Shown: one piece after another, positions 15,736-30,404 of the stretch
How positions within the stretch are numbered: the stretch's first letter is position 1
Layout of the letters: the number at the start of each line of letters is the position of its first letter
Assembly: GCA_951406725.2 (NCBI GenBank)
Contig: OX597815.1
Span: 96,906,001-96,970,000 of the forward strand
Source: Octopus vulgaris
Taxonomy: Eukaryota
Reading direction: 5' to 3'
Length of the DNA stretch: 64,000 nucleotides
Position numbers and translations under genes: made by a program
Notes under the pieces: generated by a model
The model's database searches: none
The model's input: only the letters and a program-made list of their open reading frames with translations
What the model was told of the DNA's origin: nothing

Positions 15736-17086
15736 GAGCGTGTCTGCATATGCGGACGACATCACGGTCATAGTGTTTAGCCAAAAGCACATGGAGCTGG
15801 TCGGCGAGATACTGAAAGACTACGAAGCGGTAACAGGGGCGAAAATCAACGGGGAAATGTAAGTGGACTTGCGGCTCAGCACCTGGAGAAGCAAGCCCAT
15901 GCCGTCCACCAGTGCTTCCGTCGTGGGACGCTGGATCGACGGTCCGGTCGAGTTGCTCGGAGACTGGAACGAAATAACGAGTAGGGTGGTTAGTATCTCC
16001 TGGTAATTGGCCGAGAGGAAACTGTCTCTAAAAGGTCGGGCGGAGGTGGCGAACACGTACATCACAGCCGTCATCTACTACTGCCTGACTGTCGTGCCTT
16101 GTCCCGACCCTACCATCACTAAACTAGAACGCACTCTCTTCCGCTTCTTTTGGAAATGATGCGTCCCGTGGACAGACGATCCATTTGCTGTCAACATCCG
16201 TTAAAAGGAGGGGTGGGTCGGCCGTGGTTGATGATGCGCAGGCATGCGCTGAGACTGTGATATCTCCAGCTCTACGTAGACGACGGTGAACAGGTGTGGT
16301 CGCCGTTTGTGCAGCACACTTGAGAAACACGGGGCCGACCTGCCCGAGATGCGGTCCGAGCGACGAAACCGTTCTGCACGCGCTCGTGCTGTGTCCAACC
16401 ATTTCCGACCAGTGGGCTTATGTCAAACGACTGCTGTCACGTGTGTGTCGAGTCGGTTTATCAGCCGAGTCTATCGTCAATACCGTCACGCCTCCTTCCT
16501 TCAAACGAGAAGGAAGATCTATTTTCATCATACTTGTGGCTACGGCGAAAGAACGTATCTGGCGGACGCGTCTGAAAAGATAAGTGACAAACACTTTCCT
16601 CTCTGGTCAATCTCTTATCAATTTCTTCAAGTATCACTTGAAAAGGAATGTGAGAGTAGAGAGGCAAATTTTGTCTAGCGAATGTTTAAAAAAAAAGATG
16701 ACTGAATGTAGCAAGGATGGCACGTATGAATGACGAAGACATCTTGAGCACAATCCTATGAACCTGGAAAAATTTAAAACAGAGAGTTAGTTATTGCAAA
16801 TCCGTGTGTTAACATGTGGCATTATTGGCCGAGGTTACCGTGGTCTTTTCCGTAGGCTTTTCCTTCCACAGATAAATATTATTTGTTTCCCCCTTACACT
16901 TTACATCATGACATTTCTGTGATACACGATCTCTATTGATCGTTTTTCTTTCTTGTTTTTCTTTTTTTTCTTTTTTTACGATCCTTTTGATCGAAAACCT
17001 CCCCACCTTTTTTTCTCCCCGCAAAGAAAAGCTCTACTTTGTAAGTTGTCCCCTCTTTGTTCAGCCTTGTGTGGCTAATAAAGAAA
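15736..17086 (+). mobile_element. 5'-truncated, internally deleted Tx1/L1-clade LINE
   Basis: SVSAYADDITVIV...EAVTGAKIN, ERKLSLKGRAEVANTYI, KLERTLFRFFWK, zf-RVT CPRCGPSDETVLHALVLC, AKERIWRTR. T-rich 3' UTR ends AATAAAGAAA. Preceded by (TATC)n and followed by TATCTATCT. Confidence 0.88.
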
Positions 17087-17962
17087 CATATCTATCTACC
17101 AAAAGAAATTGACAAGCAGGCACACGGACAGATACATAAAATAGAATAGAATAGAATAGAAAAGATAAATAGATAGATTGTCAGAAAGATAGATAGGGAG
17201 ATAGAGAGATAGATCGAGAGAGAAAGAGAGTGTGTGTGAGAGTGTGTGTAAACAGGCTCACTCAGACACATACTGGTTTTAACAGTGCTTGCGTCCATAC
17301 GCACGACTTTGTACGTTAGAGTTATGTTTACCTGTGTGTGCTTATAGTTATACATACCTGTCAATATATGTTTGTGTTTTTATGTGTTTCTAAGATCTTG
17401 TAAATGTATATGTGTATCTGCATTTCAATATGCGTGTATGTATGTGTATAATTAAAATATATTAAAGTTAATCCGATTATAGTAATCTGCACTACAGTTG
17501 CTGCGTTAATCCTTTTGTGATGGAACAAAATTTTGATCTTTCGAGATTACAACGTGAAGTAAAAACGTAATTATATAATTAATACAAAGAACAAAAACAC
17601 ACACCATGTGAAACAGAAACAAACAAACAGGAAATGTTTCGCGAAATGCTGTATATAAAAATTCTAGATGTTTGATGTTTACGCAGTATTAAAATATCAT
17701 CAGTAATAATGGTAAGACCATTAGAAGTGTCATGTAGCAAGAAAGATATTTTCGAATTTGACTATTTCCGTAGTTCCTTCTTGGTTGCATCTGTGTATAT
17801 ATTCAATATAGTGTGTTGGATATTTAGCCTTCATGTGTCTGGAAATTTGTAAGTATCTCGTTACTTTTGTTTGCTCAGTTCCTCAAATAATGATTATTAT
17901 TATTATTATTATTTTTATTGTTATTATTATTATTATCATTATTATTATTATTATTATTATTA

Positions 17963-17999
<37 letters not shown>

Positions 18000-18984
18000 C
18001 ATCATCATCATCACGCATTTATTTATTTATATATCTTTCAATTTTTCCGGGTTGAGTGCAGGAAACAAAACTAGGACACCGAATATAATTAGAAAATAGA
18101 AAAACGAAATAAATATATTTTTACTATGAGTCAGCGGTGGGAATATAAATATAAACTGGCGTTAGTTTACTTCTATGTATGTGTGTATGTATGTATGCGT
18201 ATATATGTATATATGTATGGATGGGTGTATGAATGTATGTATGTGTATGTGTATGTACGTAAGCATGCATCTATGTACATTTGTCCGTCTATCTGTCTGT
18301 ATGTTTGCCTGTCTCTCTGATTATCTGTCAGTCTCTCTCTATATATAAATATACATACGTGCGCAAATAAATCAAAGAAGCAGCAAGTTACAGGCAGAGA
18401 GATAGCTGTGCTTTTCTATGTGCGTGCATGTGTGTTTGTGTGGGTGCTTGTGACGGAGGAAGAAAGAGAGAGAGAGAGAGGGAGAGAGAGTGTCTCTGAT
18501 ATGTGTGGAAATTTTGAGTGGGATATAGATACAAGGATATATAAATAGACAAGGTAGGCAGATAAAGACGGAAGAATAAGAGCTTATCTCACGGTTGAAT
18601 TTAGAAACTACAGACATACGCAAGACAGACCCATACACAGTTATACATATGCATGCATGTATTTGTATATCTTTCTATTCATTTTTCTTCTTTTTTTTGC
18701 CCACTTCATGTGTATACATAAATGTTATATTATTTTAGAAATTTTAGAAATAGCCAGAAACAATGAGACAAAACGATTTCTCTCCACTTGCAGTTAAAAT
18801 ATTCTAACACACACAGACACACACCCACACATGCACAGAGAAAGACAGACACACACACGAATATATGTACAGGCTCACAAACGTGCGTCTGTATGTATAT
18901 ATATATATATATTCATTGAGAATAATTTGAACCCCTGTTATGCCGGAATTTTTATTCCCTAACAAATAAAATTAAGAAAATATG

Positions 18985-19027
<43 letters not shown>

Positions 19028-21329
19028 ATTTGTGTATATGTATGCATGGAAACGTATATGTAAATACATATATATGTATGTATGTATGTATGTATTGTAG
19101 TAAGTGAATTGCCGTCTTAGAAAGAAATCCTAGTATATGTAGTTAAATCGAATTTAGATTTTCGTTTTTAGTTTTAACTGTCCCTTAAGCTTTGTTTCAA
19201 GTGAAAATCTATCTTTAACATCGTGACTGAATTCATTGTTTTGCTTTAGGCCAAGTGAATTTAAAAAAAAGTAAGAACAAATAATGATTAAAATCGAAAA
19301 TAATACTATTACTTCAAGAAACTCAGAAACATATCTGTTAAACTAGTTATTATCATATTTTTGAACGTGGCAGATTAGGATGTTATTTAATTCAAATTAC
19401 TGGAAATTATTATCTGCATTTTATTTTCAATGTTCATTATAATAAGGCTGAAAACTCCACTTATCTGCTTGCTTCTCTTTTCACTAACATGCATATTTAC
19501 ATGCAATAGTATAAACTTAGCATATGGACAAAATATACAAAGGTATATAGATAAAAAAAAGAATTGCTACTAATACATAATGAATAATATTGCTGTTTAC
19601 ATTGCCACAATGAAATAATAGGCAAAATATTTATTATTAGAATTATTAAAATCATTTTGGATTAGCAAGATTCGTAAGAAATCTAGGAAACATCATATAA
19701 ATACATTACTGACGACCATTTCCAAGGTTTTGAGTACGAATTCACCTGGATCAACTTAGTCTTTCTAAAACATAAGATATATATAGCGTAGACCCAGTTC
19801 TAGAGTTGATTTGGCCGTTTGTCATGTCCCTTCATACCAGAAAGTCGAACGAATATATTAGAGAAATTTGTTTCGTTTATTACTAAAGAAAGCTCGATTT
19901 CTTTAGTGCCGACATGATTCCATAGCATACTTAGATACGTACATTCATTTTGAATTCCATACCTGTCTCCTATGCCAAACGTGCTAATGATTCTTACGTA
20001 GTTGATAGCATCAAGTACTACGATAGCGTTGATTTACCGAAAGATAAGTCTACCCAGCAGATGACGACAAAATGGCAATGTAAAAAAAGTGTCTCCTTGA
20101 TAACATTAATTTTCAGAATCTATGAAGTACCAGACTCATCTAATCCATTTACATTGCGAATCCAACTACCAATCTCAGGTTGTTTTTCTGAGGGCCCAAA
20201 ACTTAAGTTTAAATAAAAAAAATAGGACTCAGTATAGTCGGCCATTGTCTACTTTAAGATATCTAGACAGGTATCTCTATCAAAATACGCAATTATATTT
20301 ATTATTATAAATTCCAATGATGGATATTGCAATACAAGACAGTGGACTATCGGATTTTATGATCAGATTTAATGATCTCTGAAATTTCATCATATAATCG
20401 AATGTGGTAAGGTGGTTATGAGTTTTCTATTTAATTCCTACTGGACTGAAAGCTTTAGGTAACGTCAATTTTCTCAACAATGGCTTTGCTTTTGTTGTTA
20501 AAATTATCTTTAAGAAATGAGAGTTTCTGTGATAAATAATCTATCGCAAATTGGAGAGCGTTCTATACAGAATAAAACGTAGACAGTGAAAATTTGAGAA
20601 TTTCACAAATAATTTTCTCTTTTTAAAGGAAAAATACTTATTTTGAATTCTCATTTCTAAAACTCAACAATAACAATGATAATAGTGTTTCCTTTTTTGC
20701 TAAGTGACGTAAGATATCGTATAGCTGACAGTGACATAAAGTCTTACTTTATGTAAATTTCAAGCATAAACACTTTATGTAAATTTTCAAGCATAAACAC
20801 AAGAACTCATTTTTCAGAAGCACTTCTTCGAGTGTTACTCGTTTTACATTTCTAATTAGATAATTGCTTTGTTTTTCCTATTGCAATTAGGAATATTGTA
20901 AATAGTTATTGTGAATTATGGAGTAACATATATGGAAAAAATAAATTATACCAGGAGGTAATTGGAATAGATGAATGTCAAGTTTGACTCAGAATACTTA
21001 TTAAACATACTAAGCGGAAGTAATTAAAGCTAGTAATTAAATGCATCGCGTGCCAGTTCTACAATACAACTCTCTTTTCATTAATCATAACAATTTTAAA
21101 TATATTATCGACCACATTTGATCTCTCGTGTCCCAGTTTTAGTAAACCTTGCCTAAAAGCGTTGATAATCTTTCTATCATTTATTTGCTAGATTTCGTTC
21201 AATTGACTACGTCACTAAGTAAAGTCTCTCAGAATACTATTTTAAGGAAGCGATTATTCGTACTTTTTGAGGTTCACAATTCATGCAGATTTTTATATGT
21301 AAATATATTATACTTTATCTTTCATTATA

Positions 21330-21372
21330 TATTTTTTTATCTATATATATTTATTTATTCATTGTTTTTCAG
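21330..21372 (+). other. Candidate splice acceptor upstream of the first coding exon (5' UTR part of exon 21373-21667)
   Basis: Long T-rich tract ending TTGTTTTTCAG| at 21372, followed by a switch to purine-richer sequence. Confidence 0.4.
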
Positions 21373-21667
21373 ATTTTTTCTTGGAACAACAGAAAAAATA
21401 TGAATTCTGAAACGCTGAAATTATTTTCGGAAGGTCTAAATATGTGAATAATGGTGATATTTACGAAAACATAGGTGGAGATTAGAAGTAGAAAGACGGA
21501 GACGGATAACCAGTGGGTATCAAAAGAAACAAAAATTAGTAACTTTTAAATATATGTCAACATGAAATTAACACTGAACTTGACCTGAATTCAATAAGTC
21601 CAGGAATTACAGGGCTTTACGATTTGTGCGATTTGAATTTTCAAAAACGCAATTGCACAAAATAGCA

Positions 21668-21815
21668 ATGCCAAAAGAAGAACAAGATTTGTACACCAAA
21701 AGAGGAACCATAAGGATGAACGGAAATATCTGGGGAGTACAAATATTTCTTGTAGCTATTATATGCACCTACAGTTTTCGTTCTGTGGAATGTCTTCCAA
21801 GGACAATTCGTGTCG
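21668..21815 (+). CDS. First coding exon of a probable kainate-type ionotropic glutamate receptor (signal peptide + start of amino-terminal domain); partial CDS, exon 2 not found in window
   Basis: MPKEEQDLYTKRGTIRMNGNIWGVQIFLVAIICTYSFRSVECLPRTIRVG: hydrophobic signal peptide with a VEC|L cleavage-like site. LPRTIRVG resembles invertebrate kainate-receptor LP-x-x-IRIG starts and ends at a perfect phase-1 donor G|GTAAGT (21815/21816). Alternative in-frame ATG at 21716. Confidence 0.75.
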
Positions 21816-24800
21816 GTAAGTCCCATTTATAATATAAATTTTATACTAAGTTATAATAAAAATATCATCTTCGATAAAATATGCACAATGATAGTATCAC
21901 TAATTAAGAATCATGCAATTTTACGGCAGTATCATTAACATAACAGAAATGTGATTTCTAGCAAATGCAGTGTGTCTCATATTTTGTAGGAAATTGTGAA
22001 TGTTATTGCCGTATACTTTAATTGTAATAACTGTATCCATCAAAAGAAAATGAAACGAAAATTATTACGAATGTTTTCTAATTATTTACAGTCGATCATT
22101 TAATAGAGTTGAACTCAAATATTTATTATAATCTGGTATATCTGAAACAGAGGTAAATTGATATTTTCTTATTTAAACGAACGATATATCCCAGATCCAA
22201 TCACCCGTGAAGAAATTTCAGTCACTGAAATTTGATATTTCTATTATTTTTAATCTTCATATATTTTTCCAAGCTTCTCTCAGTGTATGAGGAACATCAG
22301 AACTATTGAAACCATCATCTAAAACTCTAAACCTTCAGAACCACAACAGTAGAATAGACGCAGTAGTATATACGTTAGTAAAAAGAAAAAAAGATTATCA
22401 AATGGTCGAAATCAACTGGGATTAGCCAAGGATTCATAAAGGTAAACTTATCATCTGAACAGAATTCTGATCTGTAAATAACCAGTCTTTCCTTTCTAAC
22501 TGAATGCAAAACCGTGCTCTTGGAAATATAGAGATTTGTAACTGTCGTTGGAAAATAGTTATCAAGGTAAAAAAAATAAATAAATTCATTCGATTGTATA
22601 ATTAGACTCTCGTTATGATGAGTGTTTATGAACATAATTATAAGAATAATTATAACAAATTCCAAAATAGATGTAGAATTATATGCGGAAATATTCCAAC
22701 GGCGCTAGTATAATTAAAGTTCACAGAGAATAATACAGTCACTCACAGGTAACTTAGTTCATAGAATTTTGTCACTTAAATAAATATAATAATATTAATA
22801 ATTTAGAAGCAAGCCAGTTCTTTTCCTACGGCTCAAGATTGTCAACTTAAATTTGTTTTCATCAGACAAGTACAATAAACTCTGATATAAGTGCAAATTA
22901 TTTAATACAGTTAAACAATGTAGTCCCTTCAACGCATTGTGTTATATATTGCAGAAACATATAATCTACAGTCTCTACATTTGAATAAGTGAAATATTTG
23001 GAGATTGCTTGACATTGCTCGCATGGAAAATACGATAGCTGTTGTTGACAAACAGCGGCAGTAATTTTATTCAGCGGAATACACGTCATTGATTGGTTGA
23101 AATTACCGAAATAGGATTAATTTTACGTGAAATTGCTTCGTAAATATAAGTTTTTCTCAAAAATGCTAAGAGTAAAAGATGTTTTATACGACACATTCTA
23201 CCGGTATACGAATTTTGAAATTACTTAGTTACAAAAAATAATTTTTTTAAATCTGTAGGTCAAAAGGTAAATATCCTTTCAAAATTCTTCAAGTTATGTG
23301 AGAAATTTTTTTTTTAAACCTAAAGATTTTGTAAAGAAAACTGGGCGGGCAGTGTAATAATTAAACACATTGGAAGAATGCTATTCCTGGTAAAGTGAAA
23401 AGATGTCGCATACAAAAGACATATCAACGAGCTGAAGAAATGATTTACGGGAAAAGCAGTTACGCGCAGTGGAATCCCTATGGAAATATTGTACGACAAT
23501 TTTGTGGTACCAACACCCAAACAATTAGAAATTACACGTTCTAGAACTAGAAAGCCGAAAAGAACGGAAACACTGGAATTGAACACTAAAAGTAAGCGAT
23601 ATTAAAATCGGAGCGGAGTACAATACTTAAAGGGGGAGAAGATTGGGGAGACTGATTCTAAAGAGGGAAGATGTTGTGGAAGGATTCCGATCATTACCCA
23701 TTTGACTAAAGATGGACTGACTCATTGTTATAAATTAAGTAACTATGAGCGATTGGTAGACCCTGTTGTTAAGCAGTTCACTCTTATCCAACATATAGAG
23801 GGTTGAGTCTCGTTTAATAGTAATAGTAGTGCGTCGAAAACGTGTTCTTCCCAATTGCTTCGTTATATTATATATCGCACAGTGAGATATAAAATAAAGT
23901 TTAGCAATCAAATGTGTTTTTGAATTAGGGGTTATAAAATGTTAGTTAGCATTTGGATTGTGCAGTTTCGATCAATTCATATTTGGTAGTGTTTGGCAAA
24001 GATTAGTACCTTAAGAATATGATACATTAATGAAACTATGGTAATCTTATAGTAGGTGTAACAAATTAGGACACATTATTTATAACATATAATAAAAGAT
24101 TCCTTCTTGTTTTGTCTCTCTCACCCAATCCTTTTCTCTCTCTCTCTCCCCTCTCTCTCTCTATATATACATATATATGTTTATGTTAGTGCGTGTATAT
24201 GTGTATGTGCCTGAGTGTGTGCGTATTCCTGTACAAATTATACCTATATATTAGTTTAGATGTATAGTTGCAATACACACACGCACACACATATGTATGG
24301 ATACATATTATTACATATATCCTAATTTGCTTACATTTTTAGACGAAACACGATTATATTCTTTCTCTTTCAACATCTCTGACAATTTTGTATAATTTCG
24401 GAAAACCTGTTGCCAAGTGAGAATGTTATAACAAAATATTTCCAAATAAATATGAAACAACAAACGCCTAATTAATAATTACTTTGCACCTAAAGCGTGT
24501 CGTATTTGTTTTGTAAAAGAGCAAAAAATTATTTGTTTTCTCATTAGCAAAATTTTTCACGTAATTCCAACCCCCGCCCTCCACACACGCATACATGTAT
24601 ATGCGTGTAGACAGCACTAAGAAGCGATGTGTATAAATACAATATTGTTACCAGTTGCTGTGTGCTCGAGGTATACTCGAAACCGCAACATAGCCAATCA
24701 CTATATTTTATTATGGAGAAAATGTCTCTCTGTGGACAGAGAGGTGTAAAGTTATCGAGACAGCTCGTCGCACTTCACGCCCTCTATTCATGTGGTTGTA

Positions 24801-25560
24801 TATATGTTTACATATACACACACACGCTTGCACACACAAACAGACATATGCATACATATACACATATGTGGTTAATGTATAGGGGTTTGGAATCCAGGCA
24901 ATTGCCTTATTAGTAGACTGGTATAATTCCGGTTCTGGGAATTGTTTAAGACGTTATTTGACTGCCACTCATTCGACAGCTGAATCCTGAGTTTTCTTGT
25001 CTAGATATTTTACAGCATATAGTGTATTTATACAAAACATCATAAATAGGAAAAGAGAATTATACATCTTCAAAGCATATGTATTACAATATTTCAATCT
25101 GGTACGCATTTCTCCTGCACAAGTGCTTTAATGTCCATTGATCTAGGTTTTATGACTTTAATTTTTAAGGTTGTACCTGTGCATGCAGATGATGCGAAAT
25201 GGGAAATCTGTGTCTGATAGTTCCTCAAATATATTTTAGGAAAAGGAATCATAGAATCGTGACATACACACGCATACATGTAATAGTAGGGATTGACTTG
25301 TGATAGATATAGCCCTAGATTTTGGACATAATTAAACTGATTTTGGAATGTAAGAGAACAGATTATTTTAATTACTTGGTGGTACAAGAAAATTTAAGTA
25401 GGTCAAGTTGTATACCACTCAAAGCCAGATTAACTCAATCTATAGCTTGTACAATTCATTTTATCCTTATGTTTGAACGAAACATATGTTTAAGGGATAG
25501 AATACGAAATACGATAGTAAATGAGCGATAGTTTCACCATTTAATATTAATAGTAGAAAT

Positions 25561-25777
25561 AAGGCTGAGAACTGGCAGAATCGTTAGGCACAATGCGAAA
25601 TAATGAGCAACATTTCGTCTGTCTACACGTTCTGAGATCAAATTCCGTCGAGGTCAACTTTGCCTTTCCGCCTTTTGGATCGATAAAATAGGTACCATCT
25701 GAGTACAGGGATCGATGCAATAGACCTATAGCTCTCACTGAAGTTGCTGACTTTGTGCCAAAATGTTGAAATCAATA
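25561..25777 (+). mobile_element. tRNA-derived SINE (family B)
   Basis: Head CTGGCAGAATCGTTAG ... GTTCTGAGATCAAATTCCGTCGAGGTCAACTTTGCCTTTC. Reverse-complement copy at 62521-62720. Confidence 0.8.
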
Positions 25778-26129
25778 TATGTAAGATAAGGAGCCATAAT
25801 TAGATCAAGATATGTTTCCCTCATAAACACATGGAGTCATCAAGAACTGTACACGTTTAAGCAGGCATGCATTCACTTCTATGAATTGTTTGTTGTATAT
25901 AGAGTTAAGAGTGGTATATAAAACATTAATTGCAGGTACGTTCGTAATTTCAGACTGGCTAGAAAGTGTATTTTCAAAAAGAAATATACGACAGCCTGAA
26001 AGAAGGTTTCTTTGGTTTGAGGAATACACCAGTAGTTACAATTTACAAAACCAATTAACATTTTCCTTTAAAATAACATACATACACACATACATAAGCG
26101 CATGCATTACCTATACATACATAAATACA

Positions 26130-26137
26130 TACATACT

Positions 26138-26194
<57 letters not shown>

Positions 26195-27001
26195 AGATTT
26201 TACGAGATAAACAAAAGACGAAGACACGTGGTGTACAAAACAAACAGATGTATTAGTATAACGCTCAGGAATAGAAAACGTATTTTACCTTTCGAGCCTA
26301 CGCTCTTCTACAGAAAGGGGCACAGAAATAACAAGGAGAGAAAAAAGTGTGTGTAGTGGCTAACAATCTATCATGGCGATATATATGCGACTGTGTATGG
26401 GATACGTTTCGTAAATTATGTATATAGGGATTCGGGGAAGGTTTAAATTGGAAGCTATTTTATACAGAGCATAGATACATGGTTTTATTTGTTTGAAGTA
26501 AATTAATTTTCTTTACTCGCAAGACAAATTTTATAACGTCAAATGTGAAATATTCTAGAAATGTCGATCTTTGTACAGAAGATCGATTAGAATATGGAAA
26601 AAGAAAACCACATGCGTGTAAATATATATGTGTGTGGGAGTGTATATATGTGTATATATATATATATATACATACATTCATATACACATATACACAAACG
26701 CACATATATATCTATTGACATAAGAATACATATATGTATATATTCGGAGATATATATATATACATATATATGCGTATGTATCCATATGCATATATATTTT
26801 ACATATTTACATATATGTACGTATATATATATATATATATATGCGTGTGTGTATATATATATGTATATGCGTGTGTGTGTGTATATATATATTCATGTCT
26901 GAATGTATATATATATATATATATATACATATATGTATATATATGCATATTTATATATATATATATAAATATATATACATATATGTATATATATGCATAT
27001 T

Positions 27002-27032
<31 letters not shown>

Positions 27033-27140
27033 TTATCTCTGTGTATATACATGTATGCATATAATTATACACAGATGTACGTATGTGTATATATAAAAAA
27101 AATATATATATATATTTATATACATTCATGTGTATATATG
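26130..27140. repeat. Degenerate (TA)n/(TATG)n microsatellite field
   Basis: Direct reading. Confidence 0.85.
26191..26378 (-). mobile_element. Short (TA)n-associated non-autonomous Penelope-type repeat with hammerhead-like motif (family H)
   Basis: Aligns with 58095-58377 and 32293-32520 (AAACAAAAGACGAAG, GTATTAGTAT..CGCTCAGGAA, TTTCGAGCCTACGCTCTTC.ACAGAAAG, ATCATGGCGA). The Penelope assignment is inference from the hammerhead motif. Confidence 0.7.
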
Positions 27141-28065
27141 CCTATATATGTAAATATGCACATATACATATGCACATACGCAGACACATGTACATACATC
27201 CTCAGACACATGCACACGCACATATTATTAGGTGGACACATCTGTGAATTAATTTCAGCATGTTCAAGTATTTCTTAACTGAATCTAAAAATAATCTTTT
27301 TTCACAATCCTTTGTAATTTTTATGCCACGTTAATTGGATTTCTGCTTTTATACGTTACAAAATATATATTCGTCTAAAGAAACATATAAAATGTAGTAG
27401 AAGATTGCAAAACATGTGCTTGCCAACATTTTAGAATTTTACTGGATATGGCAACTAGCAGGGAGCTTGCTATTAAATGTTTCTTTTTTTTTTTTTCGTT
27501 TTGTAATAATTAAATACAGTGTGAAAGGGTGCCTAATTGCGAGAATCTCCAGAGCGCTGGGTGAATTTGTTTGCGGCAGTTAATCTGGAGTTTCACACTG
27601 ATATCTATTTCTGCCGAGGTGAAATTTACTTTTAATATGTCAGAGATATATATGTTGTTAATCAATTTCTGGTTTGGATATTATAGACTACATATTTATT
27701 CTAAGACGGTATATTTTCATTCATTCATTCATTAATTCCTTAATTCATTCATACATTCATGCATTCAGTTTATAATGAGTTTCGCTGAAAGCAAAAACTT
27801 CTGGCATAGAAATGAGGACCCACATTATGCTAGAGGTCATAGTCATTCTAAATGAGTACTGCTGGAATATCTCGTGAACATACATATGCGTGTATACATT
27901 CTCACGAGAAAATATGTACACTCCACACACGCATATATAAATACTTGAATGCACGTACTCAATAAAACCCTATCTTATTCATGATGGACAAATACACACC
28001 TATATACCTATATGGGTAGATATAGGCTAAACAAGTAGGTATGTACATAGATAAACAAATATACA

Positions 28066-28201
<136 letters not shown>

Positions 28202-29315
28202 AGATTCAGTTGAATTTGTTACTCTACAATATTACGTGAATATCAAACTCATTACAAAATAATGATATTCCTTCAGCGTATTTCGAGAATTAGACCCAGC
28301 TTCTATAGTTTATGCGAATGCTCCATTGCATAATAGTTATGACTTCTGCAATGCTGAGAGCCCAATTATTGGACAAGATTTAGGGAAGAGTACCCGGTTT
28401 AGGGATGTGATTTTGTAACTGCGAAAAATACGTTTGGGTAGCCTTCTTTGGACATTAATTTTAAGGTGTGCGGGGTGAAACCAGATTACGCTTGTTCTGT
28501 TTTAAGTGGCTACTCCCATATACCTTGGAGTAGGTTGGCAAACAATGACTCGAATGCCTCTGGGCGGGAGCAAAATTCGTGCCCAAGATCATATAGTTGG
28601 AAGCGTGCCGAGCGGATTTGTCACGAGGGTTAAATTTAGGAAAGGACGGAAGGGATTTATACGGGTAGTTCAAGGTGGAAACCTTTCAGTTTTATTTATA
28701 GAGATAGAAGCATCTGCAATGAGAGATCCAGGTGAGGAAGGTTTACTTAATATTGAGATATACTAATCGAGTTCTTATAACCAGCTTAAGTTATTACAAT
28801 GTTATCAAATTCGGCATACTGCTCAATTATTTCCTAATTGGCAGTGAGAGATAGGAACTTCTATCGGACACGCTATGATGAATTTAAGAACAGATGGGAA
28901 GTTATAAGATTAGATGATTACATAATTTACTTCTCATCTGGAGCGTGGTAGGGATGGAAAATATCATTTTGGAGATCTATCCACATATATGTCAACCAGA
29001 TCTATGCATATATATCTCACTCAGAGCATCTATACTTTTTGACATACCGGAAATTATTAATATCATTCACTTGAGACGTTTCTTCATTTTGACACCTGCA
29101 TCTCCGATGACGAAATAATTAAATTAATTAATCCTTGCACAATACCATGTTCAACATGCCTGTCTATTCTAGAATCAATCGTGAAAGATTCTATGTGTTT
29201 ATATTCTCCATCTAAATTAAATGTTTCTTCGAGTGGTGTTTTGTATTTTGTTTTTCGTTTCTTATTATAACCTCTCTCTCTCTCTCTCTCTCTCACCATA
29301 TGTATATACATAGCC

Positions 29316-29360
<45 letters not shown>

Positions 29361-30334
29361 CCATATTATATATCCGTTATTTCTAATAGAAGCAGTATCT
29401 TATTAAAATACATATCTACGTATCGTATTTACTCAAAAAGCATTATTGCAAAGCAAGTTGAAAATATACGTCTACATTTAGTATAATTCATAAAATTGTA
29501 TTTTAATCACCACCATGTGGGGAAATATTAATTCTGCTCCATGGCTATTGGTAATACAATGATTGCTTTAATCATTGTTTCCTGTATTGGAGGTGACAGG
29601 TCGCATCTTACTAAAGTGTGTCTACTTTCAACAGAAGTTGTTAGTTATTACGTTTGAAAACTTTGAACAGTCAGATTTTGGTTCATCGGAAAGGGAACAA
29701 TGCATATATTAATCAAAGGAGTTGAAATTAATTTTTGCAAGATAGCTGTTGCATCAGCTCTGGATAGTCATCATATGAAATGTTCAGCCTGCCTTTATGT
29801 GTATGTGTATTTATACATGATGGCTGCAAACTCATATTTGAGAACTGCCATCGCCTGATCGAAGGTCTCACACCAGCCTTTTTTGTGATAGCTTTTCTAT
29901 TTTTTTCAAGCAATGCCTGGGTATGATGATTTGTGATAGTGAGGAGAGGGTTTGCACAAATCAAATCCTATTCTCTGAAAATAAACGCAATAAGAAGAAC
30001 TAGTCTACTACATCCAATGTTGTCAGTGTGTCAGTCTCTCTCAGCGTTTCCCGCTCATAAAGAGATGTGGTGGCAATAAAAGACAGGCCTCCCACTCTCT
30101 GTGTGTCAAACGTGCACCTGGACACTATGTATGCATGTACGCGCATGCATACATGCATACATGCACATGTACACATTTTGTTGGATGGTCGTTGACTACT
30201 CTTAATCTCTACTGTCCTCTGGCAGGTCTTATTTTTAGTCCTCTAGTATTTCCAATATTCACCGTCCTCACCAAGCAAGCTTGATGGGATTGCCACTTTA
30301 GTCGCTGATGACTCGAACATGCAAACCTACATGC

Positions 30335-30404
<70 letters not shown>

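Noticed and set aside
23430-23468. CTGAAGA...GAAA...TTA motif
   Set aside because: No complementary stems.
24725-24745. TCTCTGTGGACAGAGA resembling an RE1 half-site near a neuronal gene
   Set aside because: Only a partial match, and REST/RE1 regulation is not established outside chordates.
28380-28990. GC-richer stretch that may be an old LINE fragment (similarly 23340-23780 and 36190-36600)
   Set aside because: No motif could be read with confidence in any frame.
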